A stretch of 64,000 bases of DNA from Candidatus Limnocylindrales bacterium (GTDB lineage: Bacteria; Chloroflexota; Limnocylindria; Limnocylindrales; CSP1-4). Positions 49,715-59,008 of the stretch are shown here, piece by piece (position 1 is the first letter of the stretch; every line of letters begins with the position of its first letter). The position numbers and the translations under genes were made by a program. Where the stretch lies: NCBI GenBank assembly GCA_038915165.1, contig JBCLDE010000002.1, forward strand, positions 7,154-71,153, given 5' to 3'. The notes below the pieces were generated by a model, which was not told the origin of the DNA, made no database searches, and saw only the letters and a list, made by a program, of their open reading frames with translations.

Positions 49715-50226
49715 GCCAGGGCGCTCGTCGCCTCGCGGACCTCCGCGTCGTCCTCGTTCCCGTCGTCGACGGCCATGAGTTCGTCCATGGAGTCCAGGTA
49801 ATCGATGTACAACTTGCCGTCGAGGTGATCCAGCTCGTGCTGTAACGCCCGGCCGAGCAGCCCCGACCCGGCGACCTTGATCTTCTTGCCGTGGCGATCC
49901 TGGGCGACGACCCAGACACGCTCACGCCGGGTCACGTACGCAACGTAACCAGGGATCGACAGGCAGCCCTCCAGGTCCCTGTCGTCTCCGCTGGAGCGCA
50001 CGATCCGCGGGTTGACCAGCTCATGGAGCTGATCCTCCACCTCGATGACGCATGCCTGCACGGCCTCGCCGAGCTGGGGCGCCGCGAGGCCGATGCCCGG
50101 CGCGTCCCGCATCGTGTGGGCGAGGTCGTCGAGCAGCTCGTGGAGGTACTTCCCGAAGCTGTCGACTGGAAGTCCCTTGAGGCGCAGGCGCGGGTCACCG
50201 AGGAGGACGATGGGGCGGACACTCAT
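49711..50226 (-). CDS. def: Peptide deformylase
   Basis: The motifs are GIGLAAPQLG, EGCLS and HELDHLDG. Confidence 0.9.
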   Translation of the reverse strand: MSVRPIVLLGDPRLRLKGLPVDSFGKYLHELLDDLAHTMRDAPGIGLAAPQLGEAVQACVIEVEDQLHELVNPRIVRSSGDDRDLEGCLSIPGYVAYVTRRERVWVVAQDRHGKKIKVAGSGLLGRALQHELDHLDGKLYIDYLDSMDELMAVDDGNEDDAEVREATSALA

Positions 50227-50251
50227 GGCGGGAGTATAGCGAAGGTCCCCC

Positions 50252-50815
50252 TCAGCCCGGACCGGACTTCTCGGGGCCGCCGGGCGCCTGTGGGTCGTTG
50301 GCGTCGTGCTCCGCCGCCGATGGACGCACGGGCGGCTCGTTGCCGGCCGCAGCCGTGGGCGTCGCGGCGGGATCGTCGGAGCTCAGCGACGAGCGCAGGT
50401 CCGCGGCCCAGTCACGTGATTTCGAGGCGAGCTTGCCACTCGCGTCGGCGGTCACCTCGCCGGCCCGCTTGACGAGCGGCGCGGCACGGTCCGCGGCGAC
50501 CGCCACCAGCTCGGCAGCCCGGGCCGAGAACTCGCGTACGGTCGGGGCGGCGCGGTCGGCGAGATCTTCCACGGCCTCGCGCAGGAATCCGAGGATCGCG
50601 GTCGCGCCGCTCACAACGGAAGAGGCCGCTCCCCCGGCCGCCTCAGCCGGCCTACCGTCGGCCTTGGGCACCTCGTTCGGATCAGTCCAGGTGAACGTCT
50701 CGTCGGGGGTGTTGTCGGCGCCGATCGCGTCATGGGCGGCTCCGGACGGGCGTTCGGGGTCGGTCGGGGTCTTGTGCTCGGTCATCGGAGTACTCCTCGT
50801 GCTGGTACGGGACAT
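50252..50815 (-). CDS. Hypothetical protein, low-complexity / amphipathic-helix rich, unknown function
   Basis: It is a 187-aa ORF between priA and def. I recognise no motif. The central region has Ala-rich helices. Confidence 0.4.
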   Translation of the reverse strand: MSRTSTRSTPMTEHKTPTDPERPSGAAHDAIGADNTPDETFTWTDPNEVPKADGRPAEAAGGAASSVVSGATAILGFLREAVEDLADRAAPTVREFSARAAELVAVAADRAAPLVKRAGEVTADASGKLASKSRDWAADLRSSLSSDDPAATPTAAAGNEPPVRPSAAEHDANDPQAPGGPEKSGPG

Positions 50816-50876
50816 GGTCGCACGAACCCGTCATCCATGAACCGTTCGGCGGCGGGGCCAGCCACCTGAAGAGCCG

Positions 50877-53417
50877 TCAGAGGAGCGAGTCGGGGTCAAC
50901 GTCCACCGACCAGGGCGCATCGAGTCCGCCGTCGAGGATGGCTGTCGGATCCGCCCCGCGCAGGACGATATTCCAACGCCAGCGGTCGGCCCGCCGGGCG
51001 ATGTAGGCAGGTGCCGGACCGACCACGGCCACCCTTCCGCCATGTTCCGCGGCCCGCTCGCGCAGGCGCTGGGCCATGGCCGTCGCCTCGCGCTCGGCCG
51101 CTGCCGGATCTGCAAGACCCACGGTCAACTTGACTAACCGTCCGAAAGGCGGCGAACCGAATCGCTCACGCAAGGCGAGCTCTGCCCGATAGAACGAGTC
51201 GCGATCGCCGCTGGCCACGGCCTGGATGGCTGGATGGTCCGGCTGGTAGCTCTGGATGATCGCGCGGCCTGGTCGAGTCCCACGCCCCGCCCGCCCGATC
51301 GCCTGGACCAGGAGCTGGTACGTCCGCTCGGCGGCGCGCTCGTCGGGAAGATTGAGGGCGACGTCGGACGAGATGATGCCGACCAGAGTCACTGACGGGA
51401 TATCGAGCCCCTTCGTCACCAGGCTGGTCCCGACCAGGACGTCGAGCCGGCCTTCCGCGAAGGCATCGATGACCCGCTCCGCCGCCCCCCGGTGCTCGAC
51501 CACGTCGCGATCCAGCCGGCCGACGCGCAGCCCCGGGAATCCTTCCTTCACTTCGCGCTCCACCCGCTCCGTGCCGCCGCCGAGGTAGCGGATGCGCGGC
51601 GAACCACAGGCCGGACAACGAGACGCCAGCGGGGTGGCGCGCCCGCAGTGGTGACAGCGCAGCGTCGTGCCCGCCTGGTGATAGACGAGCGGTCGCTCAC
51701 AGTCGGGGCAGGCCTGGACGTGCCCGCAGTCCCGGCACAGCACGACCGACGCCGTGCCGCGCCGGTTGAGGACGAGGATGGCCTGCTCACCTGTAGCCGG
51801 GTCGAGCGCGCCGAGGGCCGACGATAGCGCCCGGGACAGGAGGCCCCGCTGCCCAGCGGCCAGCTCTTCCCGCAGGTCCACGATCTCCACCATCGGCGCG
51901 GCTCCGACCGGCCGAGCCGGCAGGACGACCCGCGCGTATTCCTCGGCAAGGGCACGCCCGACACTCTCGACCGCCGGCGTAGCCGACCCGAGCACGACCG
52001 CGGCGCCGGCCAGGGCGCCCAGCCGGATCGCCATGTCGCGGGCCTGCAGGCGCGGCGTGCGGTCGCTCTTGTAGGCCGCGTCATGCTCCTCGTCGACGAT
52101 GACGACGCCGACATCGGTCAGCGGCGCGAGGACCGCCAGCCGGGTCCCCACCACGATGTCGACATCACCGGAGCGGATGCGGCGCCACTCGTCCGCTCGC
52201 TCGCCGTCGCCCAGCCCGGAATGGAGCAGCGCGACCCGGGTATCGAGGTCCGCCCGCAGCCGGTCGACAAGCGGCAGCGCCAGCGCGATCTCGGGAACGA
52301 GGACGAGTGCCGGCCGACCGGCATCCAGGGAGGCCGCGATAGCCTCCACGTAGATCGCGGTCTTGCCGCCGCCGGTGACGCCGTCGAGCAACAGCGGGCG
52401 TGGGTCGCGGCCGACGATGGCGGCTCGGATCAGGGCAACGGCCTCGGCCTGGGCCGGCGACAGCGGGCTGGCCGTCGGTCGACCACCTCGCGCGCCCACG
52501 GGTCGACTGGCGAGCGGTCGGCGGGGTCGTTCGCGAACCTCGGACTCGACGAGGCCACGGCGGACCAGTCCAGCCAGGGCGGCGTGGCCATGCCGATCGC
52601 CGAGATCCGCGGCCGGCAGCTCACCATCGGTCGCGGTCGCCAACTCGGCGAGGGCGGCTGCCTGGCGCGGCCCGAGCGGCCGGCCCTTGGGCTTCTCGTC
52701 GGTGGCGTGCACCGCCAGCAGCGCGCGTCCTTCCTCTCGCAACGCGATCCAGCGCTCGTAGCGTGGACCGGCGCCGGCCCGTATCAGCGTCCATTCAAGC
52801 GAGATCAATCCACTCGCCGCGAGGGCGCGCAACCGGCGCAGGAGACCGGCGCGACCGTCCGGCCCGGCAAGGTCGCGCACCGGACGCGGGCCGCGCTCCA
52901 GCTGCTGGAGCAGGTCGGCGTCGGCGGCATCCGTCTGCACGACGGGCGTGGGCGCCCCGGTCGCCCCGATCGCCCCGATCGCCCCGGTCGCCCCGGCGTC
53001 GACGCCCTCGGCCCATCGCGTCGGCCCGAGTTCCGCCACCAGCTCCAGTCGCTCCAGTAGACCGGGCGGCAGCATCGCGCGCAGGACGAGCGCCGGGGGC
53101 GCGAGGTACTGCTCCGCGATACTGCGGGCCAACGCCAGGCTGAGGGGCGGCAGGAGCGGTCCATCGGCCCGGACGCGCGCGACGATGGGGCGAGGCGTGG
53201 CGACCGGCGCCAGATCTGCCTCGGCCACGACGATCCCCAGCGCCTGGCGACGACCGAACTCGACCAGGACCGCCTCGCCCACGGCCAGATCGGTCAGCGT
53301 CTTCGGGACGAGGTAGGTGTATGTCTGGGACCGGCCGCCGGCGGCGTCCACTGCGACCTCGACGAGACGACCGGACGGCGAGGCGGCACCCCCGTCCTCA
53401 TCCAGTCCGAGCGTCAC
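50877..53417 (-). CDS. priA: Primosomal protein N' (PriA helicase)
   Basis: The motifs are LLLDGVTGGGKTAIY, the Zn-binding region CRDCGHVQACPDCERPLVYH...CHHCG...CPACGS, and the C-terminal helicase. An in-frame 9-nt repeat (gccccgatc x about 4, 52955-53000) encodes GATGAIGAIGATGAP. Confidence 0.9.
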   Translation of the reverse strand: MTLGLDEDGGAASPSGRLVEVAVDAAGGRSQTYTYLVPKTLTDLAVGEAVLVEFGRRQALGIVVAEADLAPVATPRPIVARVRADGPLLPPLSLALARSIAEQYLAPPALVLRAMLPPGLLERLELVAELGPTRWAEGVDAGATGAIGAIGATGAPTPVVQTDAADADLLQQLERGPRPVRDLAGPDGRAGLLRRLRALAASGLISLEWTLIRAGAGPRYERWIALREEGRALLAVHATDEKPKGRPLGPRQAAALAELATATDGELPAADLGDRHGHAALAGLVRRGLVESEVRERPRRPLASRPVGARGGRPTASPLSPAQAEAVALIRAAIVGRDPRPLLLDGVTGGGKTAIYVEAIAASLDAGRPALVLVPEIALALPLVDRLRADLDTRVALLHSGLGDGERADEWRRIRSGDVDIVVGTRLAVLAPLTDVGVVIVDEEHDAAYKSDRTPRLQARDMAIRLGALAGAAVVLGSATPAVESVGRALAEEYARVVLPARPVGAAPMVEIVDLREELAAGQRGLLSRALSSALGALDPATGEQAILVLNRRGTASVVLCRDCGHVQACPDCERPLVYHQAGTTLRCHHCGRATPLASRCPACGSPRIRYLGGGTERVEREVKEGFPGLRVGRLDRDVVEHRGAAERVIDAFAEGRLDVLVGTSLVTKGLDIPSVTLVGIISSDVALNLPDERAAERTYQLLVQAIGRAGRGTRPGRAIIQSYQPDHPAIQAVASGDRDSFYRAELALRERFGSPPFGRLVKLTVGLADPAAAEREATAMAQRLRERAAEHGGRVAVVGPAPAYIARRADRWRWNIVLRGADPTAILDGGLDAPWSVDVDPDSLL

Positions 53418-53427
53418 CGCCGGCGCC

Positions 53428-54042
53428 TCACAGTCGGACGAGTCGGTCCGGATGGCGACGGTGCTCGTCGGCGACGATCTCGTCGATGCGCTGCGCCGTC
53501 CGCTCCACCTGGCCCGTCTCGTTGGTCACGACGTAGTCATAGTCCTCCTGTCTGGCCAGCTCGATCGCGGCGTTGCGCTGGCGCAGCTCGAGTTCGTCCG
53601 CATTCTCCGTGGCCCGGTCGCGCAGCCGTCCGAACAGTGCCTCCAGCGATGGCGGCACGACGAACACGAGGAGCGCCTCCGGTACCCGTTCCTTGACCTG
53701 CTGGGCACCCTGGACGTCGATCTTGAGGATGACGTCGTGGCCCTCGGCGAGGGCCCGTTCGACTTGGGCCCGGGGCGTTCCGTACCAGTTGCCGTGGACT
53801 TCGTTGGCCTCCAGCAGCCCGCCCGCGTCGCGCAGCGCCAGGAATGCCTCCAGATGAAGGAAGTGGTAGCTCACCCCATCGCCCTCGCCGGGTCGCTGTG
53901 CCCGGGTCGTGCAGGTCACGACGTAGTGGTAGTCGGGATGGCGGGGCCGCCGCCGGAGGGCATCGATGATCGTGTCCTTCCCGACACCGCTGGGGCCCGA
54001 GATGATGATGAGCATCGCACCGGCCGCGCCCGACGAGCTCAT
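53428..54042 (-). CDS. gmk: Guanylate kinase
   Basis: The protein reads IIISGPSGVGKDT...TTRAQRPGEGDGVSYHF. Confidence 0.9.
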   Translation of the reverse strand: MSSSGAAGAMLIIISGPSGVGKDTIIDALRRRPRHPDYHYVVTCTTRAQRPGEGDGVSYHFLHLEAFLALRDAGGLLEANEVHGNWYGTPRAQVERALAEGHDVILKIDVQGAQQVKERVPEALLVFVVPPSLEALFGRLRDRATENADELELRQRNAAIELARQEDYDYVVTNETGQVERTAQRIDEIVADEHRRHPDRLVRL

Positions 54043-54088
54043 CGGACGTCATCCCCTTCCGTCGCCCCTTCCGTCGTCCCGGACTCCG

Positions 54089-55039
54089 TCATCTGACGAC
54101 CGCGCGCAGACCATCCAGCACGGATTCGAGTTCCGGTGGCAATGGTGCCGTGGCACGGATGAGGTGACCGTCCGTCGGCGACGTCAGTTCGAGGCGCCAG
54201 GCGTGCAGGAAGAGACGCTCGAGGCCATCCGGCCCCCGTCGGGACGTGCCCGTGCCATACACGGGATCGCCTGCGACCGGGTGGCCGATCGCCTGGAGGT
54301 GCACGCGGATCTGGTGCGTCCGACCTGTCACGAGATCGAGTTCGAGGAGCGTCCAGGCCGTGAACCGCTCGCGGACGCGATATCCGGTCACGGACGCGCG
54401 ACCGTCTTTGACGACGGCCATCCGCGTCCGGTGTTTCGGGTCGCGCCCGATCGGGGCCTCGATCCGCCCGACTGCTGCTGCGACACTACCCTGGACCAGC
54501 GCGAGGTACGTCTTCTTGATCCGGCGTGCCTTCAACTGGGCCATCAGCGAGGCCTGCGCCAAGTCGTGCCGGGCGACCATCAGCAGGCCGCTCGTGTCCC
54601 GATCGAGACGGTGGACGATACCCGGCCGCTGGACACCGGCGATCCCACCCCACGAGTCGCCGTCGCCGTGGGCCAGCAGCGCGTTGACCAGCGTGTCGTT
54701 GGCGTGCCCGGGCGCTGGGTGGACGACCAGCCCGGAGGGCTTGTCGATGATCAGCAGGTCGTCATCCTCGTAGACGACGTCGAAGGCGATGTCCGGCGCC
54801 GGCGTCAGGTCCAGCGCAACGGCCTCCGGCACATCCAGGCGCAGCTCCGTGCCGGCGCCGACGATCGAGTTGGCCTTGAGTGGCTCGCCCGCGACCGTCA
54901 ACCGGCCGTCGGAGATCAGCTTCTGGACGTAACTCCTCGAGAGCCCCGTCGCGTCGGCGACGTAGCGATCGACCCGGCCACCCGGCCCGTCGGGAACGCG
55001 CATGACGCGCACACCAGGGACGATCGACGGATCAGCCAT
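54089..55039 (-). CDS. rluD: 23S rRNA pseudouridine synthase, RluA family (RluD-like) with an N-terminal S4 domain
   Basis: The protein reads ...LLIIDKPSGLVVHPAPGH...GIVHRLDRDTSGLLMVA... Start placed at the internal ATG (MADPSIV). It overlaps the lspA stop by 8 nt. Confidence 0.8.
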   Translation of the reverse strand: MADPSIVPGVRVMRVPDGPGGRVDRYVADATGLSRSYVQKLISDGRLTVAGEPLKANSIVGAGTELRLDVPEAVALDLTPAPDIAFDVVYEDDDLLIIDKPSGLVVHPAPGHANDTLVNALLAHGDGDSWGGIAGVQRPGIVHRLDRDTSGLLMVARHDLAQASLMAQLKARRIKKTYLALVQGSVAAAVGRIEAPIGRDPKHRTRMAVVKDGRASVTGYRVRERFTAWTLLELDLVTGRTHQIRVHLQAIGHPVAGDPVYGTGTSRRGPDGLERLFLHAWRLELTSPTDGHLIRATAPLPPELESVLDGLRAVVR

Positions 55040-58000
55040 TCGACCTGCCTTCAGTCGTCCTGGACAGCCCGGGCACGATGGCGAGAAGGACGAGCATGAC
55101 GATCGCCGTGCTGATTGCCGCGTCCGCCACGTTGAACGTGGGCCAACGAAGTTCACCGATCCCGATGTCGACCCAGTCGACGACATAGCCCAGGCGCAGG
55201 CGGTCGGCCATATTGCCGAGCGCCCCGCCCAGGAGGAGGCCCAGTGCGATCGACAGGAAGCGGCTGCGTTCGGATCGCCCGTGATGCGCGACGATGAGCC
55301 CGACCACGCCGAGCGAGACCAGGCCGAACAGAAGGGCCTGGTCCTGGAACAGCCCGAACAGCGCCCCGGAGTTCTGACTGAACACGAGACGAACGAGATC
55401 GCCGGCGACCGTCATCACGTCGCCGGGCGAGATCGCCGAGACGAGCCACGCCTTCGACACCTGGTCGGCGACAAGGACGAGCACTGCCGTGCCGAGGAAG
55501 GCGGCCCGATCGGCGCCCGCCCGGACTCCCCCACCCATCAAATCTGAGCCGTCCACCGTCATGCCAGCCGACCCGCCCGTCGACTGGCGGCGCAATGCGA
55601 TCTCCACGGGACCGCCATCAAGCTCGACCGTGGCCCGACGGACGCCGCTCATCAGGCCGTGATCGGGAGCGGTCCCGGCGATGTCGGCAAGGGTGTCGCT
55701 GGTGACGGAAAGGAGGTGGGCCGCGACGGCGCCGGGCAGGTCGCCGACCCACAGGTCGATCCGGTCATCCAGCTGGAGCCCGGCGTCCTTGCGCAGATCC
55801 TGGATGGCGCGCTGGAGCTCACGTGCATCGCCCTCTGCGACCAGCTCCGGCGTCAACACCGTGTCCAGGACGACCACGAGGCCATCGTGATGGGCCACGG
55901 CCTTGCCCGGCCGGGGGGTGGCCTGGATCTCCACCTCATCCGCTGCCAGGGTCACGCCGGCCAGCGTCACGGAGCCGTCGTCCTCAAACCGGACGTCGCC
56001 CGCGCGTGCGGCGGCCATGACCGCCGGGATCGCGGAGCCGAGGCGTTTGCCGATCCGGGGCAGGAGCGGCTTGATCCGACGCTCGACGAGCTCCGAGTCG
56101 TCGTCGATCACCTGGACCCGCTTGACGTTGATCTCATCGGCGATGAGCCGCAAGAACGCCTGGTCGATGGTCAGGCCACGGTCCGGCAGGGCCAGCCACG
56201 CGGTGGCCAACGGCTGGCGGGTCTTGAGGTGGGCGGTGCTGCGCAGGGTGCGAACGAGTTCGACCGCGCCCTGCGCGATGGCCATCGAAGCTTCCAGCCC
56301 CTCGTCACGGTACGCGGCGAGATCGGCGCTCGGCCATCTCGTGAGATGGACGCTATCGGGCTCCTCGGGCAGGACGGTCGTGACCAGGTTCTGGTAGATC
56401 GCCTCGGCGAGGAATGGCAGGATCGGGCCCAGCATCCGTGCTGTGCTGACGAGCGCCTCATGAAGCGTGGCGAAGGCCGCCTGCCGATCAACCAGATCGT
56501 CGGAGCGTGAGAAACGGCGGCGTGACTGGCGCAGATACCACGTCGACAGGCCATCGAGGAACGCCGACAGGGCTTTCGCCGCGCCCATCGCGTCGACGTC
56601 CTGGAGGCGCTCCTCCATGACGGCGGCCGTACCGGCGGCACGAGACAGGATCCAACGGTCCAGAAGCGGGCGATCGGCGACCGGCGGGGCGGTCTCAGCC
56701 GGGGTCCAACCCGCGAGCCGGGCGTAGGTCGTGAAGAAGGCGTAGACGTTCCACAGGACCAGCAATTCGCGGCGCGTCTCGTCGGCGGCATGCCAGCCGA
56801 ACATGATGTTGTCCTCCGGCCGCGCCTTGACGAACATCCAGCGCATGACGTCGACGCCCATCCGATCGGCCGCCTCGTCGAAGTCGATCGCGTTGCCCCA
56901 GCTCTTGTGCATCGGCCGACCATCCTCGCCGTGGACGAGGGCGTAGCCGAAGAGCGTCTTGAACGGCTGTTCGCGGCGCAGCACCGTGGACATCGCGAGC
57001 ATGGAATAGAACCAGTTGCGGAACTGGCCGGGAAAGCTCTCGGTCACGAAGTCGGCCGGGAACCACTGCGCCCAGTACGCCGGATCCTCGCGCTGATGGA
57101 GCGTCGAAAAGGGCACGATGCCGGCATCGAGCCATGGGTTGCCGACGTCCCTGATGCGCTCGACCGGTGTCCCGCACTTGGGACAGTCGATGCGGACCGC
57201 ATCCACGAACGGCCGATGCGGGGTGTGACCCTCGAACGCTGCCCAGCCGTCGACGGCCCGTCGCTGCAATTCGTCGCGACCCCCGATGACCTCCACCGTC
57301 CCGCACGACGAGCAGTCATAGATCGGCAGCGCCAGGCCCCAGTAGCGCTTCTTGCTGATCATCCAGTCGTGCATGTTGTAGAGCCAGTCCAGCTCGCGCT
57401 CGTAGCCGAACTCCGGGATCCAGCGGATCTGGTCGACGCTTTCCATGATCTGGTAGCGGAGGCTGGCGTCGACCTGCTCGCGGGTCAGTGTCTCGCGCGG
57501 CTGGTCGTAGACCGGGCCCATGTTGATGTACCACTCGTCGACGAGGCGGAAGACGAGCGGTGTGTTGCACCGCCAGCAGTGCGGGTAGCGGTGCGTGATC
57601 GTCTCGAGGCGGTAGAAACGGCCTTCGCGCTTGAGATGCTCGATGATCGGTTCCGCCACGTCGCGGACATCACGGCCGGACAGCGCGCCGAACCCATCGA
57701 CGAAGACTCCTGATTCGTCGAGCGGTGCGATGACCGGTAGGCCCAGCTCACGGCCCAGCTGGAAGTCTTCCGCCCCGCAACCCGGGGCGACGTGGACGAT
57801 GCCCGTGCCTTCGTCCTCCCCGACCTCGGTCCAGGCCACGACCCGATGCTCGTACGGGTGCTCGGGGACGTCCCGGGTCCCCGCGGCGAACGCCTCGCGC
57901 ACAGCTGGCAGGTCGTCGAACTGGCCCTCGTAGCGCCAGCCGATCATCTCGGCGCCGGTCAGCTCGTCGAGTACCTCGTACGGCCCGGCGAGGGCCTGCT

Positions 58001-58946
58001 TGAGGGTGCCCTTGCCGAGCCAGAAGATATCGTCGCGCTGGCGGACGCGGACGTAACGCAGGGCGGAGCCGACGGCCGCCGCCACATTCGAGGTCAGCGT
58101 CCAGGGAGTGGTCGTCCAGACCAGGAGCGACTCGCCGGGTCGGTCCATGAGCGGGAACCGGACCGTCAGGCCGGGGTCCTCGCGGTCCTGGTAGCCCTCG
58201 TTCATCTCGGTCTGGGAAAGGCCGGTCCCGCAGCGGGCGCACCACGGCATCGTGTCGTGGCCCTTGTACAACCAGCCGCGCCGGTGCACCTCGGCCAGGA
58301 AGCCCCAGATCAGGTCGTTGTTCTCGTTGCTGAACGTGAAGTAGCTGCCGCCGATGTCCGGCATACCCAGACGCCCGACGAGCATCTCGACGGTGTCGGT
58401 GACCGGGCCGTCGGTGCCCGCGATGGTCGCGACTGCCGAGGGATCCGTGCCAAGCAGGTCGCCCAGACGGCGCAGCTCATCCGGATCGTTCCAGTCCATC
58501 CACATGCCCAGCCGGATGGATTGCTCCGTCTGGCGGGCGGCGTAGGTCAGGACGCGCTGCTTGCACAGGGTCACGAAGCGAGCGATCCCAAAGGCCTCGA
58601 TGTCCCGCTTGGACGCGAACGCCAGGTCGCGCTCGACATTGACCTCGACCCACAGGCCCTGGCAATCGAAGCCGTTCTGGTAGCGCTCGTCCTCACCGAG
58701 CATCGCGTGAAAGCGCTGGTAGAGGTCCTTGTAGGTCCGCCCCCAGGCGTGATGGACGCCCATCGGGTTGTTGGCCGTGATCGGGCCGTCGAGGAAGCTC
58801 CACCTGGGTCCGCCGGCGTTCTGGGCGCGCAACCGACTGAACGTCTGACGGTCGCGCCAGAGGGCCAGCATGGCGTGCTCCTGGGCGACGAAGTCGGGCT
58901 TCGAACTGACGGATAGGAACATTCGGCCTCGGGGTTGAGTGGGCAC
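55032..58946 (-). CDS. ileS: Isoleucyl-tRNA synthetase (type 2) continuing without a stop into lipoprotein signal peptidase: a single 1304-codon frame (ileS-lspA fusion or unresolved junction)
   Basis: The IleS N-terminus is ...DGPITANNPMGVHHAWGRTYKDLYQRF...KMSKS-class core. The last 176 codons are a complete LspA: ...LVLVADQVSKAWLV...VFSQNSGALFGLF...WPTFNVADAAI. Confidence 0.85.
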   Translation of the reverse strand: MPTQPRGRMFLSVSSKPDFVAQEHAMLALWRDRQTFSRLRAQNAGGPRWSFLDGPITANNPMGVHHAWGRTYKDLYQRFHAMLGEDERYQNGFDCQGLWVEVNVERDLAFASKRDIEAFGIARFVTLCKQRVLTYAARQTEQSIRLGMWMDWNDPDELRRLGDLLGTDPSAVATIAGTDGPVTDTVEMLVGRLGMPDIGGSYFTFSNENNDLIWGFLAEVHRRGWLYKGHDTMPWCARCGTGLSQTEMNEGYQDREDPGLTVRFPLMDRPGESLLVWTTTPWTLTSNVAAAVGSALRYVRVRQRDDIFWLGKGTLKQALAGPYEVLDELTGAEMIGWRYEGQFDDLPAVREAFAAGTRDVPEHPYEHRVVAWTEVGEDEGTGIVHVAPGCGAEDFQLGRELGLPVIAPLDESGVFVDGFGALSGRDVRDVAEPIIEHLKREGRFYRLETITHRYPHCWRCNTPLVFRLVDEWYINMGPVYDQPRETLTREQVDASLRYQIMESVDQIRWIPEFGYERELDWLYNMHDWMISKKRYWGLALPIYDCSSCGTVEVIGGRDELQRRAVDGWAAFEGHTPHRPFVDAVRIDCPKCGTPVERIRDVGNPWLDAGIVPFSTLHQREDPAYWAQWFPADFVTESFPGQFRNWFYSMLAMSTVLRREQPFKTLFGYALVHGEDGRPMHKSWGNAIDFDEAADRMGVDVMRWMFVKARPEDNIMFGWHAADETRRELLVLWNVYAFFTTYARLAGWTPAETAPPVADRPLLDRWILSRAAGTAAVMEERLQDVDAMGAAKALSAFLDGLSTWYLRQSRRRFSRSDDLVDRQAAFATLHEALVSTARMLGPILPFLAEAIYQNLVTTVLPEEPDSVHLTRWPSADLAAYRDEGLEASMAIAQGAVELVRTLRSTAHLKTRQPLATAWLALPDRGLTIDQAFLRLIADEINVKRVQVIDDDSELVERRIKPLLPRIGKRLGSAIPAVMAAARAGDVRFEDDGSVTLAGVTLAADEVEIQATPRPGKAVAHHDGLVVVLDTVLTPELVAEGDARELQRAIQDLRKDAGLQLDDRIDLWVGDLPGAVAAHLLSVTSDTLADIAGTAPDHGLMSGVRRATVELDGGPVEIALRRQSTGGSAGMTVDGSDLMGGGVRAGADRAAFLGTAVLVLVADQVSKAWLVSAISPGDVMTVAGDLVRLVFSQNSGALFGLFQDQALLFGLVSLGVVGLIVAHHGRSERSRFLSIALGLLLGGALGNMADRLRLGYVVDWVDIGIGELRWPTFNVADAAISTAIVMLVLLAIVPGLSRTTEGRSNG
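55035..55562 (-). CDS. lspA: Lipoprotein signal peptidase II (LspA) portion of the ileS frame. Candidate internal starts are MTVDG (55562) and MGGGV (55538).
   Basis: It has four TM segments and the catalytic Asp motifs (NSGALFG, FNVAD). No strong SD lies upstream of either internal ATG. It is in the same frame as ileS with no intervening stop. Confidence 0.7.
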
Positions 58947-59008
58947 GCCGTCCGGGTCAGACGGTCACCCGGACGCTCGTTTCGGCGGGTCCGAGTATCC
59001 TACCCGCG

